This document shows positions 1-10,838 of a DNA stretch of 57,621 bases, piece after piece. A program made the position numbers and the translations under genes. The stretch comes from Clostridia bacterium. Lineage in GTDB: Bacteria > Bacillota > Clostridia > JAQVDB01. The notes beneath the pieces were generated by a model. That model saw nothing but the letters and a program-made list of their open reading frames with translations. It was not told the origin of the DNA and ran no database searches. Position 1 is the first letter of the stretch. The number at the start of each line of letters is the position of its first letter. The stretch spans positions 1 to 57,621 of the forward strand of contig JAQVDB010000002.1 of assembly GCA_028698525.1 (NCBI GenBank). The letters run 5' to 3'.

Positions 1-118
1 ATTTGTAAAATTTCTTTTATTACATTCGTCCATCTATTTTAGCCGAATATTTATGGGCTATTCACTTTTCTTCTATATGCAAGTTCCTGTTAGAGATTTA
101 AACCTGAACCTTTGTTTA

Positions 119-226
119 GGGAGCATATAATGCCCGGAGGTGCGACTAATGTGCCGCACTATACCTAGTATTTATATATAATATAGTGCGGCACATTGCG
201 GAGCGCAGAGGGTATTATATGCTCCC
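119..226. repeat. Compound inverted repeat (108 nt) downstream of mfd. Outer 17-bp stem 119-135/210-226, two 12-nt internal loops, perfect inner 16-bp stem 148-163/182-197, 18-nt AT loop.
   Basis: Pairing checked base by base. The outer stem has one g132:t213 pair, which is G-U on the plus strand and C-A on the minus strand. The inner stem aatgtgccgcactata/tatagtgcggcacatt is perfect. Confidence 0.6.
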
Positions 227-254
227 GGTACAGCTATTTCTTATTAAGATAAAT

Positions 255-3200
255 TTAAACTGAATCTAAAGTAGTCATGAACTCCTCTAATGTTTCCACT
301 GGAGCATTACCCGCCTTCAATGTAAAGTAAGGGGGATTAGTAGCAGAAAAAGTCAGCTTTCTCCTGTATTCATTGGCAATCCTGGCAAACACTGATTTGT
401 CAAGCTTATCCATGGATTTAAACTTTAGTACAAAACCTTTCTTGTCTTGAGTTATAGACTGTATATCTAAATTCTGTGCTACAGCTTTTATATAGGATAT
501 CCTTATCAGATTTCTTGTAACTTCTGGTATCTCCCCAAATCTGTCTTTAATTTCTTTTTCTATCTCATACTTATCTTCCATACTTTCTATTGATGCTATC
601 TTTTTATATATCTCAAGTTTTTGTCTAGTGTCTTCTATATAATTGTCATCAATATATGCATCCACATCTAAATCAATATTTGTCTCTACTTGTTCTTCTA
701 TCTTTTCACCTTTCAACTGTTTCACAGTCTGATCCAACAATTTGCAATAAAGATCATAGCCCACACTCACTATATGACCGTGCTGCTCTGCACCCAAGAT
801 ATTGCCAGCTCCCCTTATTTCTAAATCTCTCATAGCTATTTTAAAACCTGAACCAAATTCCGTAAATTCCTTTATGGCATTAAGCCTTTTTTCGGCTATT
901 TCAGTAAGTATCTTGTCTTTTCTATAGGTGAAATAAGCATAGGCCAGTCTATTTGTACGCCCTACTCTACCTTTTAACTGATAAAGCTGAGATAACCCAA
1001 ACTTATCCGCATCATACAATATTATTGTATTTACATTTTGTAAATCTAAGCCATTCTCAATAATGCTGGTGCACACTAATAAATCATATTTGTTCTGTGA
1101 AAACTCCAACATCACCCTCTCTAATTCCCTTTCACCCATCTGGCCATGAGCTATAGCTATCTTAATATCGGGCAACAATTTAGATAGACTGGATGCCATA
1201 CGCTCAATTGACCTAACAACATTATAAACAAAAAATACCTGGCCGCCCCTATTGATTTCACGCATAACCGCATCTTTAACCAAGCTTTCATCATACTCAA
1301 CAACATAGGTCTGAACCGGATACCTGTCTTCAGGTGGGCTCTCGATTATACTCATATCCCTGATCCCGGTAAGTGACATATGCAGTGTTCTAGGGATGGG
1401 AGTAGCGGTTAAAGTAAGTACATCTATATTCTTTCTAATTTCTTTTATCTTTTCCTTGTGAGATACTCCAAATCTTTGTTCTTCATCGATTATCAACAAG
1501 CCCAAATCCTTATATCTGATATCCGACTGGAGCAACCTGTGAGTACCGATTACTACATCCACCAACCCTTTTTTAAGTTGTTTTACAATCTCTCTCTGCT
1601 CTGACTGAGTTTTAAACCTGCTCATCATCTCTATATTAAACGGAAACATAGAAAATCTTTCACAAAACGTATTAAAATGCTGTTGAGCGAGTACAGTAGT
1701 AGGAACAAGAACAGCCACCTGTTTTCCGTCCATAACAGCTTTAAATGCCGCCCTTAAAGCAACCTCTGTCTTACCATATCCAACATCGCCACACAACAAC
1801 CTATCCATAGGCTCATAGCTTTCCATATCTTGTTTAACCTCCTGGATAGCTTGAAGTTGGTCCTCAGTTTCTTCATACGGAAATAAATCCTCAAACTGCT
1901 TTTGCCACTCGGTATCTTTCTGGAATGCATATCCTTTGGCTGTACTCCTTTTAGCATACAGTTGAAGTAGCTGTTCCGCCATTTCCTGTATAGATTTTTT
2001 GACCTTGGACTTTGTCTTTGCCCATTCGCTGCTCCCTAATTTAGAAAGCCTGGGGGTCTTTCCCTCTTCACTCACATATTTTTGAATAAGATGCATCTGA
2101 TCTGTCGGTACATATAATTTATCTTGACCTGAATATTTTATATAAAGATAATCTTTAGTCCTCCCCTGTACCTTCAGCTGCTTCACACCAATATATTTGC
2201 CGATACCGTTAGTTTCGTGAACAACATAGTCTCCAATACTTAATTCTGTAAATATATTGAAGTTTTTTCTATCCTTTTGTTTTCTCGGAAATGTCCTTTT
2301 CTTTTGTATAGAAAAAACTTCTCTATCGCTTATAATCCCAACACCTGCAGCAGGAAATTGAAATCCTTTAGTTATACTTCCTGTACATACCACTATCTGT
2401 CCAGGCATGAAGCTTATGTCTTCAGCCTTTTCCATAAAAAAACTTTCTATTCCGTTTTTATTTAAACTATCACAAAGATTCTTTCCTCTTTTAACAGTAC
2501 CAGATAATATTAATGTCCTGTAACCCTCATCCTTCATCTGTTTCAACTCATCAATAAGTAAAGATAATTTGCCTTGAAAAGATGGTATGTGCCTCATTAC
2601 AAAACTGCCCACCTTTAAAGGCTTTATGTCCTTATACCTTTTAGGTAACGTGCTCAAGCTTATGACACCAAAATTTTGAAAATCAATCAATAGTTCATCA
2701 TAGTCACATATCAGTTCAGATTGTTCAGGTAGTATAGCACCCTTATTCAGCTGATCCTTTACGTCATTATAGAATTGTTCAGCATACAATCGTGATTTTT
2801 CTCTTATACGATCAGGTTCATCCAATATAAGATAATCTTTGCTGTTGTCAAAAAAATCCAATAAGGTAGTCTTTTGCTCAAAATAAAAGGGTAAAAAATT
2901 TTCAATATTCTCGAAATATATTCCTTTCCTCAGGTGCTCTATAGCTTGAGTTGTTCTATCATACAACAATTCTGCTATCTGGTTGTTGCCTGATTCTTCC
3001 AAACCTTTTAATCTCTTTTCAAGGGATTTCTCTATTTTGTCTGCAGATTTCTCCATCACTCCTTTTGGAATCAGGATTTCCTTGGCAGGACTTATATGTA
3101 TACTATTCAGCATATTTATAGATCTCTGGGAAAGAACATCAAATTCACGTATGGAATAGATCTCATCATCAAAAAATTCTATTCTAAAAGGATTTTCACT

Positions 3201-3764
3201 TATCAAAGAAAATACATCTATTATTCCACCTTTTACACTAAACTGTCCTTTGCCTTCCACTATATCCATTCTCTCATATCCTGCATTAATCAATGTTTCT
3301 ATCAATTTATCCCTGTCTACTTCCATTCCCTCTTCAAGCACAACCATGAATCGTCTATAATATTCCATTGGAGATAATCTGGGCAGAATAGATGTAATAG
3401 ATGCCACTACAGTTAAATCGTCATCTTCCATAATACGCTTTATCACACTCAATCTTTGAGCTATCATCTCATTGCTATGGGCTTGAATATTGTAAAAGGT
3501 AAGCTCTTTTTCAGGGAAGAGACAAACATCAGAATTTAAAAAAAATTGCATATCATTAAAAATCTTTTTGGCTTGTTCCTCACTATATGTTATTATCAAT
3601 GAGTTAACTTTCTTTTTTCTTATGATAGAAGATAAAATATAGTTCTTTTGTGAGTCTTCCAGCCCCGAAATAGATACAGGCATTCTCCCATCCTCAATAC
3701 CCTGTATTATTTCCATATATTCTTTGGACTGTGCCAGTGGATAATATAAAAAATCCTTGCCCAT
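255..3764 (-). CDS. mfd: Transcription-repair coupling factor Mfd
   Basis: 1169-aa ORF with superfamily-2 helicase motifs (GDVGYGKTEVA, DEEQRFG), a CarD-like domain and a TRCF C-terminus. The mfd-pth neighbourhood is conserved. Confidence 0.95.
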   Translation of the reverse strand: MGKDFLYYPLAQSKEYMEIIQGIEDGRMPVSISGLEDSQKNYILSSIIRKKKVNSLIITYSEEQAKKIFNDMQFFLNSDVCLFPEKELTFYNIQAHSNEMIAQRLSVIKRIMEDDDLTVVASITSILPRLSPMEYYRRFMVVLEEGMEVDRDKLIETLINAGYERMDIVEGKGQFSVKGGIIDVFSLISENPFRIEFFDDEIYSIREFDVLSQRSINMLNSIHISPAKEILIPKGVMEKSADKIEKSLEKRLKGLEESGNNQIAELLYDRTTQAIEHLRKGIYFENIENFLPFYFEQKTTLLDFFDNSKDYLILDEPDRIREKSRLYAEQFYNDVKDQLNKGAILPEQSELICDYDELLIDFQNFGVISLSTLPKRYKDIKPLKVGSFVMRHIPSFQGKLSLLIDELKQMKDEGYRTLILSGTVKRGKNLCDSLNKNGIESFFMEKAEDISFMPGQIVVCTGSITKGFQFPAAGVGIISDREVFSIQKKRTFPRKQKDRKNFNIFTELSIGDYVVHETNGIGKYIGVKQLKVQGRTKDYLYIKYSGQDKLYVPTDQMHLIQKYVSEEGKTPRLSKLGSSEWAKTKSKVKKSIQEMAEQLLQLYAKRSTAKGYAFQKDTEWQKQFEDLFPYEETEDQLQAIQEVKQDMESYEPMDRLLCGDVGYGKTEVALRAAFKAVMDGKQVAVLVPTTVLAQQHFNTFCERFSMFPFNIEMMSRFKTQSEQREIVKQLKKGLVDVVIGTHRLLQSDIRYKDLGLLIIDEEQRFGVSHKEKIKEIRKNIDVLTLTATPIPRTLHMSLTGIRDMSIIESPPEDRYPVQTYVVEYDESLVKDAVMREINRGGQVFFVYNVVRSIERMASSLSKLLPDIKIAIAHGQMGERELERVMLEFSQNKYDLLVCTSIIENGLDLQNVNTIILYDADKFGLSQLYQLKGRVGRTNRLAYAYFTYRKDKILTEIAEKRLNAIKEFTEFGSGFKIAMRDLEIRGAGNILGAEQHGHIVSVGYDLYCKLLDQTVKQLKGEKIEEQVETNIDLDVDAYIDDNYIEDTRQKLEIYKKIASIESMEDKYEIEKEIKDRFGEIPEVTRNLIRISYIKAVAQNLDIQSITQDKKGFVLKFKSMDKLDKSVFARIANEYRRKLTFSATNPPYFTLKAGNAPVETLEEFMTTLDSV

Positions 3765-3776
3765 AAATACACCCCG

Positions 3777-4184
3777 CTATAATATCTCTAATATAAAATA
3801 ATTCCATAACATATGAACCAGTATCCCAGCTATCAATGCATACCATACCATTGATGTCGCACTATATATAGATTGAGTAATACCTCCAAAGGCAGCATGA
3901 CTTGCTACACTCATCACCCCTGCAAACTTACCGGTGTTTTTGTCTGAATTACACCAATCATATATTCCTTCCACCACGCCGAACAAAAGATGCACATAAA
4001 AAATATGCCCATTCATGTAATGGATGGGCATGGTCTTTGCCATCTCCTCGATAATGGGCGCAATAAATATGATGCTCTTTTCCCCTATAAATTTAATCAT
4101 ATATTGGTTGACTAAATATGCCAGAGCCACTGCAAATGCAGTGGCTATAACCATCTTGAACATAAATATCCCCGCCATGACCAT
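3777..4184 (-). CDS. Small polytopic membrane protein with PrsW/CPBP-like motifs (EExxK, HxxxN); function unknown
   Basis: 135-aa hydrophobic ORF between mfd and pth. IIEEMAKT and HMLWNYF resemble glutamic-type intramembrane protease motifs, but the protein is much shorter than PrsW. Confidence 0.45.
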   Translation of the reverse strand: MVMAGIFMFKMVIATAFAVALAYLVNQYMIKFIGEKSIIFIAPIIEEMAKTMPIHYMNGHIFYVHLLFGVVEGIYDWCNSDKNTGKFAGVMSVASHAAFGGITQSIYSATSMVWYALIAGILVHMLWNYFILEIL

Positions 4185-4195
4185 TTGTTTGTGTC

Positions 4196-4774
4196 TTATC
4201 TATTATATCTATTCATTGCGGTATCTATTCCCTCGGTTAAAATAACCTCCACAGCATCACAAGCATCTATCAGCGATTCTCCTATACTTTCCAATTCATC
4301 TTTGTTAAATTTTGACAACACAAAATGGGCCAAATCAATATTATCATTAATCGGCCTTCCTATACCTATTCTGACCCTAGCAAAATCTTGGTTTTGCATA
4401 CAATAGATAATCGACCTCATACCATTGTGGGTCCCGGCGCTTCCTTTTGGCCTTATCCTTATCTTGCCCACTTCCAAATCTATGTCATCATAGATTACTA
4501 TCAAATTTCTACAATCTATATCATACCAATTACAGGCGTCATATAAGGATTGTCCGCTATTATTCATATATGTTTGTGGCTTTAACAATATCACTTTTTT
4601 GCCTTGAATAAAGCCTTCCCCTATAACACCTTTAAATTTTATTTTATTTATATTTATATTATACCTTCTAGCCAAAATATCAATCGCTTTAAAACCTATA
4701 TTATGCCTGGTATCTTGGTATTTCGTCCCGGGATTTCCCAGTCCTACAATAAGATACAATCCATACCACCTCAT
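4196..4774 (-). CDS. pth: Peptidyl-tRNA hydrolase
   Basis: LIVGLGNPG...TRHNIGF N-terminal signature and typical length. Its start overlaps the upstream HAD gene stop by 4 nt. Confidence 0.9.
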   Translation of the reverse strand: MRWYGLYLIVGLGNPGTKYQDTRHNIGFKAIDILARRYNININKIKFKGVIGEGFIQGKKVILLKPQTYMNNSGQSLYDACNWYDIDCRNLIVIYDDIDLEVGKIRIRPKGSAGTHNGMRSIIYCMQNQDFARVRIGIGRPINDNIDLAHFVLSKFNKDELESIGESLIDACDAVEVILTEGIDTAMNRYNR

Positions 4775-5496
4775 TTACCGTTTAAAACAGGCATCTTTGC
4801 AACAAAATCAAATAAATCCTCATAAGTTCCACTGAAATCTGTAGGAGATTTCTCCCCTGTTCTATTTATTTCGAAATCTTTGAGCAAAAATGTCTTAATT
4901 CCTAAAGATCCCGCTGCAATTATGTCCTCTTGCACATCATTTCCTATCATTATACATTCAGATGGAGTCTTGCCTATTTTATCAAGGAGCTCTTCAAAAT
5001 ATTCTATATGTGGTTTGCAATAATGCATATCTTCATAAGCAGTGATAAGGGCAAAATCATCAGGATCCAAGCCTGACCATCTTATTCTATCAACTATAGC
5101 TGAATAAGGAAACATTGGATTGGTAGCTATTACCATCTGATAACCCTTATGCTTTACATTTTCTACAATTTTAGGTATTAAAGGATTTGGTTCAATTCCA
5201 CAGGAAAGCGAATCAAATTCTCTATCATAAAACTCGTCAAATAAAGGCATCAGCTCATCTAAATTATATATTGAATGCTTTTGAAATCGCTGCATAAAAG
5301 CTTGGGCATTAGTCTTATCTTTTTGCTTATCTGCTACCATGTATTTTGTAGCATCCCAAACATATTGGATAAATTCGTCCTTTTCAAAGTAATCCTTAAA
5401 CTTCAAAGAAAGCTTATGAAAATATATTTTTGTAAAGCATTCCATATCTATGGGAAGCAACGTACCATCTAAATCAAATAATACCGTATCAATCAA
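4771..5496 (-). CDS. HAD-superfamily hydrolase
   Basis: DLDGTLL motif I at the N-terminus and a GNDVQEDI motif IV-like region. Confidence 0.8.
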   Translation of the reverse strand: MIDTVLFDLDGTLLPIDMECFTKIYFHKLSLKFKDYFEKDEFIQYVWDATKYMVADKQKDKTNAQAFMQRFQKHSIYNLDELMPLFDEFYDREFDSLSCGIEPNPLIPKIVENVKHKGYQMVIATNPMFPYSAIVDRIRWSGLDPDDFALITAYEDMHYCKPHIEYFEELLDKIGKTPSECIMIGNDVQEDIIAAGSLGIKTFLLKDFEINRTGEKSPTDFSGTYEDLFDFVAKMPVLNGK

Positions 5497-5519
5497 AACA
5501 ATATTCCTCCGGATTATTC

Positions 5520-6473
5520 CTATTCAAATAGAGTGCTGACAGAAAGATCCCCATAAATTCTATCTATAGCTTCGGCAAATACCTGAGCCACTGAAAGAAC
5601 CTGAATCTTGTCTATCTGTTTTTCTTTAGGCAGTGGAACGGTGTCAGTTATCACCAGTTTTTTAATAGCTGATTTTTTTATCCTTTCTAGTGCCGGTCCG
5701 GATAAAACTCCATGAGTACAACAAGCATAAACGTCCTTTGCACCTCTTTCTAAAAGTGCTTCAATACCATTTGTAAAAGTACCTGCAGTATCGATCAAAT
5801 CGTCTATCAATACCACGTCCTTACCCTTTACATCACCGATTATATTCATCACTTCAGAAACATTTGGTTTAGGTCTTCGTTTGTCAATTATAGCCAGAGC
5901 TGAATTTAATCTGTTGGCAAAATTCCTAGCTCTAGTCACTGCCCCTAAGTCAGGAGAGACAACAACAACTTTATCACCGCACAATCCGACTTCTAAAAAA
6001 TGTTTAGCCAGTATGGGAACACCCAACAGCGGATCCACAGGTATATTGAAAAAGCCCTGTATCTGTGGCGCATGAAAATCCATGGTCAACATTCTGTCTG
6101 CACCTGCACTTGTTATCAGGTCTGCAAGTAATTTTGCAGTAATCGGATCTCTTGCTTTAGCCTTTCTATCCTGTCTTGCATAACCATAATAGGGGATGAC
6201 CGCTGTTATCCTTCCAGCTGAAGCCCTTTTAAACGCATCCATCATGATCAATAATTCCATAAGATTATCATTGACAGGATGAGATAATGACTGAATAACA
6301 AAAACATCACAACCCCTGACCGTTTCATTGATACTTACAGATATCTCTCCATCACTAAAAGTAGAAACCTTGCTATTACCCAAGGGTACTCCCACATGTC
6401 TTGCTATTTCCCGTGCCAATTTCATGTTAGAATTACCTGAAAAAATCTTAACTTCTGTACCATGTGCTATCAT
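5520..6473 (-). CDS. prs: Ribose-phosphate pyrophosphokinase
   Basis: PRPP synthetase signatures ([18 protein letters not shown]-like, [12 protein letters not shown]). Confidence 0.95.
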   Translation of the reverse strand: MIAHGTEVKIFSGNSNMKLAREIARHVGVPLGNSKVSTFSDGEISVSINETVRGCDVFVIQSLSHPVNDNLMELLIMMDAFKRASAGRITAVIPYYGYARQDRKAKARDPITAKLLADLITSAGADRMLTMDFHAPQIQGFFNIPVDPLLGVPILAKHFLEVGLCGDKVVVVSPDLGAVTRARNFANRLNSALAIIDKRRPKPNVSEVMNIIGDVKGKDVVLIDDLIDTAGTFTNGIEALLERGAKDVYACCTHGVLSGPALERIKKSAIKKLVITDTVPLPKEKQIDKIQVLSVAQVFAEAIDRIYGDLSVSTLFE

Positions 6474-6496
6474 TTAAGTCAACCTCCCAAAAATAA

Positions 6497-7870
6497 TTAC
6501 TTCTTATATTTGTTTTTTGCCCAGTTTGGCTTGATGGTCTGTCTGGCTCTAGCTATAGCCAATGAATATTCTGATACATCTTCCGTTATAGTGGAACCTG
6601 CTGCTATATACGAATTATCTCCTACCGTAACAGGAGCTACTAAGTTTACATTACATCCGATAAAGGCATTATCACCCACAGTCGTTCTATGTTTTTTCCT
6701 TCCATCATAGTTGACGAATACAACTCCGCATCCGATATTGCCGTTTTTACCTACATCGGCATCTCCAACATAAGTCAAATGTGATACTTTTGTATAGTCT
6801 TCAATTGAAGAATTTTTAATTTCAACAAAATCACCTATTCTCACATTTGTACCGATATTACTTCCAGGACGAACATATGCATAAGGACCTACAGTGGAAT
6901 TCTCTCCTATTTTGCTTTCCAATATAACAGAGCATTGCAGCTTAGCAAAAGGCTCTATAATACTATCCTCAATCCTGTTGTTGGGAAACAATATACAGCC
7001 TTCTCCTATAGAAGTTTGTCCTTCAATTACATTCCCAGGATATATTATAGCATCCTGCCCTATCTCACAATATTTGCCTATATAAGTATTATCAGGGTCT
7101 ATTATGGTAACACCGTTTAACATGTTTTGTTCCAATATCCTATATCTCATAAACCTTTCAGCTGATGCAAGCTGAACTCTATCATTTACACCTTCTACTT
7201 CATGGATTCTCCTAGTTTTACATGCCCCAACTTTCAAGCCGGCTTCGTTCATTATACCTATTACATCAGTTAAATAATACTCTCTTTGGGCATTATCATT
7301 ATTCAATTTATTCAAACATTTCAGCAAATCTGGGATTTTAAAGCAGTATATTCCTGTATTTATCTGTTTTATTAGTTTTTGCTTATAATCTGCATCCCTA
7401 TCTTCCACTATTGCCTTTACGTAATTGTTTTCATCACTGATTATTCTACCATAACCTGCAGGATTATCAAGTTCCGCTGTTAGGACTCCTGCATTATATC
7501 CTTTATTTACAGTAAATTCTATAAGATGAGATATTATATCAGAGGTTATAAGAGGGGTATCACCATATAAAACCACTACATAGCCCTGTTTATGTTCTAA
7601 GAAAGGTACAGCTTGCATCACAGCATGTCCAGTACCAAGCTGTTCTTTTTGGTATATATAATTATATCCATCTCCCAGTTGGTTTTTCACCATATCTGCC
7701 CCATGGCCTATCACTACAGCAAATTCTTCTACTTTTGACTCTCTGGCACTATCTATCACATGACTTATCATGGGCATGCCACACACTTTGTGTATAACTT
7801 TGGGTATCTTGGATTTCATCCTTTTCCCTTCTCCTGCTGCCAAAATCAAAGCATACAATTTATCATCCAA
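6497..7870 (-). CDS. glmU: Bifunctional UDP-GlcNAc pyrophosphorylase / GlcN-1-P acetyltransferase
   Basis: LAAGEGKRMKS nucleotidyltransferase N-terminus plus a C-terminal left-handed beta-helix hexapeptide repeat; 457 aa. Confidence 0.95.
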   Translation of the reverse strand: MDDKLYALILAAGEGKRMKSKIPKVIHKVCGMPMISHVIDSARESKVEEFAVVIGHGADMVKNQLGDGYNYIYQKEQLGTGHAVMQAVPFLEHKQGYVVVLYGDTPLITSDIISHLIEFTVNKGYNAGVLTAELDNPAGYGRIISDENNYVKAIVEDRDADYKQKLIKQINTGIYCFKIPDLLKCLNKLNNDNAQREYYLTDVIGIMNEAGLKVGACKTRRIHEVEGVNDRVQLASAERFMRYRILEQNMLNGVTIIDPDNTYIGKYCEIGQDAIIYPGNVIEGQTSIGEGCILFPNNRIEDSIIEPFAKLQCSVILESKIGENSTVGPYAYVRPGSNIGTNVRIGDFVEIKNSSIEDYTKVSHLTYVGDADVGKNGNIGCGVVFVNYDGRKKHRTTVGDNAFIGCNVNLVAPVTVGDNSYIAAGSTITEDVSEYSLAIARARQTIKPNWAKNKYKK

Positions 7871-7969
7871 AAAGTATCCCTCCTAATATTAATAGCTGAC
7901 ATAATTATTATACACGATATAAATAAAAAAGTACCGAGATTTTATAATTTGACTAAATATTAGATTAAA

Positions 7970-8001
7970 TATTAAAAGAGAGTTGATTTCAACTCTCTTT
8001 T
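7970..8001 (-). terminator. Hairpin with U-rich tail overlapping the spoVG stop codon
   Basis: 11-bp stem 7974-7984/7991-8001 (aaaagagagtt/aactctctttt) with a 6-nt loop. Confidence 0.5.
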
Positions 8002-8264
8002 AATATTTCGTCTTTTACTTGTTCATACTTATCGAATATTGCCTGTTGTATCATTTCCCTGGTTTCTGTGTTGATGGGATGCGCTATGTCCCTATACTCC
8101 CCATCTGGAGTCTTGCGGCTAGGCATTGCTATAAACATACCGTTCTGTCCCTCGATAATCTTAATGTCATGGACAACAAAATTATCATCAAAAGTCACCG
8201 ATACGACAGCTTTCATTTTACCCTCACTATTAATCCTCCTGATGCGAATATCTGTAATTTGCAT
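7989..8264 (-). CDS. spoVG: Septation/sporulation regulator SpoVG
   Basis: [11 protein letters not shown]...AHPIN signature; 91 aa. Confidence 0.95.
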   Translation of the reverse strand: MQITDIRIRRINSEGKMKAVVSVTFDDNFVVHDIKIIEGQNGMFIAMPSRKTPDGEYRDIAHPINTETREMIQQAIFDKYEQVKDEILKES

Positions 8265-8387
8265 TTAACTCACCACCTTCCAGTTACCAATGCTTGTCAA
8301 CTTTATAAATTCGCCATTAATTGCCTTAGTCCTTCTTTAATATCAATTTTTTCTTAAATTTTTTATTTTTTCTAAGTATTTAACCCC

Positions 8388-9215
8388 TCATAGGCCTTTT
8401 TCTATCCACTTTGAAGGATGAATATTAATATTCTGACTGTTCTCTTTTAAATCTTTTAAAACCATTAAAGATATATAATTGTCCACCAGCTTATGCTCCG
8501 GCTTTTCAATCTCTACTACCACGCCTATACCTACAACCTTTACATTAAATTCCTTCATAAGATTTACAATCCCATTTGCGGTGCCCCCAGCCTTCATAAA
8601 ATCATCGATGATGACAGCCGTAGTGTTCCCTTTGATTGCTCGTTTAGAAAGAGACATTGTCTGTATTCTGTTGGATGAACCTGATATATAATTGATGCTA
8701 ACCGCCGAGCCTTCAGTCACCTTATTTGTATTTCTAGCTATCACCAATGGAACATTCAAGTTTTTAGCAGTAACTAATGCGATGGGTATCCCCTTAGTCT
8801 CCACCGTAACTACATAGTCCACTTGTTTATCGATAAACGGCTGGGCAAGTATCCTTCCTATTTTAGATACTATTGCCGGGTTGTAGATTATATCATTTAA
8901 ATATAGATATCTACCTGCGATTATCCTATCCCCGGTTTTCACTCTTTTACAAAGCTCCTGAACAAACCCCAAGGATTGTTCCCTATTCATCCTAGGTTTA
9001 TAAATAACTCCACCTGCAGCGCCTGTTATAGTTTCTATATCCCCGAAATCGAACTTTTTTACTATCTCTCTAACTATTGCAATATCCTCACTTATTGTAG
9101 ATTTAGCAGCATTAAATTTATTGGAAAAATAATTTAATGTAAATATCTTGCTAGGATTATCGCTAAGTATCTTAATAAGCGCTCCGATCCTTTCATTTCT
9201 TTTTAATTTATCCAC
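8388..9215 (-). CDS. purR: Purine operon repressor PurR (PRT-fold)
   Basis: KLKRNERIGALIKIL N-terminal wHTH plus a phosphoribosyltransferase domain (VIIDDFMKAGGT). The likely start is GTG 9215, behind GGGAGGG; the ORF track extends to 9233. Confidence 0.9.
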   Translation of the reverse strand: MDKLKRNERIGALIKILSDNPSKIFTLNYFSNKFNAAKSTISEDIAIVREIVKKFDFGDIETITGAAGGVIYKPRMNREQSLGFVQELCKRVKTGDRIIAGRYLYLNDIIYNPAIVSKIGRILAQPFIDKQVDYVVTVETKGIPIALVTAKNLNVPLVIARNTNKVTEGSAVSINYISGSSNRIQTMSLSKRAIKGNTTAVIIDDFMKAGGTANGIVNLMKEFNVKVVGIGVVVEIEKPEHKLVDNYISLMVLKDLKENSQNINIHPSKWIEKGL

Positions 9216-9411
9216 ATAAAGCCCTCCCATCAATGGAAAATACGAATGTTTTTTTTGTTATCTATATTTTAATTCACTTTTTTGATAAATTCCAGAATTA
9301 TTGAAAAAAAATGCAGTATATTATGATATTTTTTATACAATCTATTATAATTATATATGTTATAATTTAAAAGCATATAATATTCTTTAGAGATTATAGT
9401 AATACTAATAA

Positions 9412-10827
9412 TTGCAAGGAGTGTGTTCTATTTTGAAAATATCAAATAATTTCGACATAAATGATTATGAGCATGTTCACTTTATAGGTATTGGTGGAAT
9501 AAGCATGAGTGGACTTGCAAAAATACTCATAAAAAATAACTTCAAAATTTCAGGTTCCGATATAAATCATTCACCTTTAACCGATGCCCTAGAAAAATTA
9601 GGTGCAACCATATACATAGGTCATCATGCTGATAATATAAAGGATGCCGATCTTGTGGTATATACGGCTGCAGTAAAACAGGATAATCCTGAGATAATAA
9701 AATCAAAACAATTAGGTATACCTCTGATTGACAGAGCCTGTTTTCTTGGACAGATAATGAAAAAATACAGCAAAAGCATAGCAGTGGCAGGTACACACGG
9801 TAAGACCACCACTACTTCACTGCTCTCTATCATATTGCAGCATGCAGCTCTTGACCCTACCGTTCTTGTGGGAGGGCAGGTAGATGCAATAGGGGGAAAT
9901 GTCAGAACAGGAAACAGTCAAATTTTTGTCACTGAGGCATGCGAGTATGTAGAAAGCTTTCTCAAGTTTTTCCCTTATATAGAAATACTGCTCAATATAG
10001 ATGCTGATCACTTGGACTATTTTAAAGATATAGACCATATAACCAGTTCATTTATGAAGTTCGCTACCCTCGTCCCTCCCTCCGGGTATGTGCTAGGTTT
10101 TGGGGATGATAAAAGGGTAAAAAGCATACTTGAAAAACTGGACTGTAATACAATTACCTTCGGTTTTTCAAATGACAATGACTGGTGGTGTAAAAACATA
10201 GAATGCAATGATCTGGGATTCTATTCCTTCGATGCCTACAATAAAAATAAGTTTTTCGGCAGCTTTAAGCTAGGCATACATGGAAAACATAATGTCTCCA
10301 ATGCACTAGCCTGTATCGCTGTTGCAGATCTATTTGATATAAAGCCTGAAATAATTAGAGAGGCCCTTGAAAATTTCAATGGCACCCATAGGCGCTTTGA
10401 AATAAAAGGCATCAAAAACGAAGTTACTGTAATAGATGACTATGCCCATCATCCTTCTGAGGTAAAAGCTACATTGAAAACCGCTGCAGAATATCCCCAT
10501 AATAAAATATGGTGCATATTCCAACCCCACACATATACTAGGACAAAAAAGCTGATAGATGAATTCGCCCATGCCTTTTATGATGCAGACAATATAATTA
10601 TAACCGACATATACGCTGCCAGAGAAAAAGATACAGGAGATATACATGCCAAAGACTTGGTTCAAAAGCTCAATGATTCAGGTAAAAAAGCAGTATACAT
10701 AAAAGACTTCAAGAAAATATCAAGCTATATCACAGAAAAAAGCAGCCAGGGAGATATCATAATCACTATGGGTGCAGGTGATATATATAAAGTAGGCGAT
10801 TACATATTAAAAAATCCAGGAGATTAA
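9412..10827 (+). CDS. murC: UDP-N-acetylmuramate--L-alanine ligase
   Basis: HFIGIGGISMSGLA and GTHGKTTTT Mur-ligase motifs. The true start is probably TTG 9433, downstream of AAGGAG at 9416-9421. Confidence 0.93.
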   Translation: MQGVCSILKISNNFDINDYEHVHFIGIGGISMSGLAKILIKNNFKISGSDINHSPLTDALEKLGATIYIGHHADNIKDADLVVYTAAVKQDNPEIIKSKQLGIPLIDRACFLGQIMKKYSKSIAVAGTHGKTTTTSLLSIILQHAALDPTVLVGGQVDAIGGNVRTGNSQIFVTEACEYVESFLKFFPYIEILLNIDADHLDYFKDIDHITSSFMKFATLVPPSGYVLGFGDDKRVKSILEKLDCNTITFGFSNDNDWWCKNIECNDLGFYSFDAYNKNKFFGSFKLGIHGKHNVSNALACIAVADLFDIKPEIIREALENFNGTHRRFEIKGIKNEVTVIDDYAHHPSEVKATLKTAAEYPHNKIWCIFQPHTYTRTKKLIDEFAHAFYDADNIIITDIYAAREKDTGDIHAKDLVQKLNDSGKKAVYIKDFKKISSYITEKSSQGDIIITMGAGDIYKVGDYILKNPGD

Positions 10828-10838
10828 ATCCTGGATTT

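Noticed and set aside
9237-9250. PurBox-like sequence AAATACGAATGTT upstream of purR
   Set aside because: It matches the remembered PurBox consensus at only about 10 of 13 positions. It is a single copy rather than the usual inverted pair, and it sits very close to the start codon. That is too weak to call.
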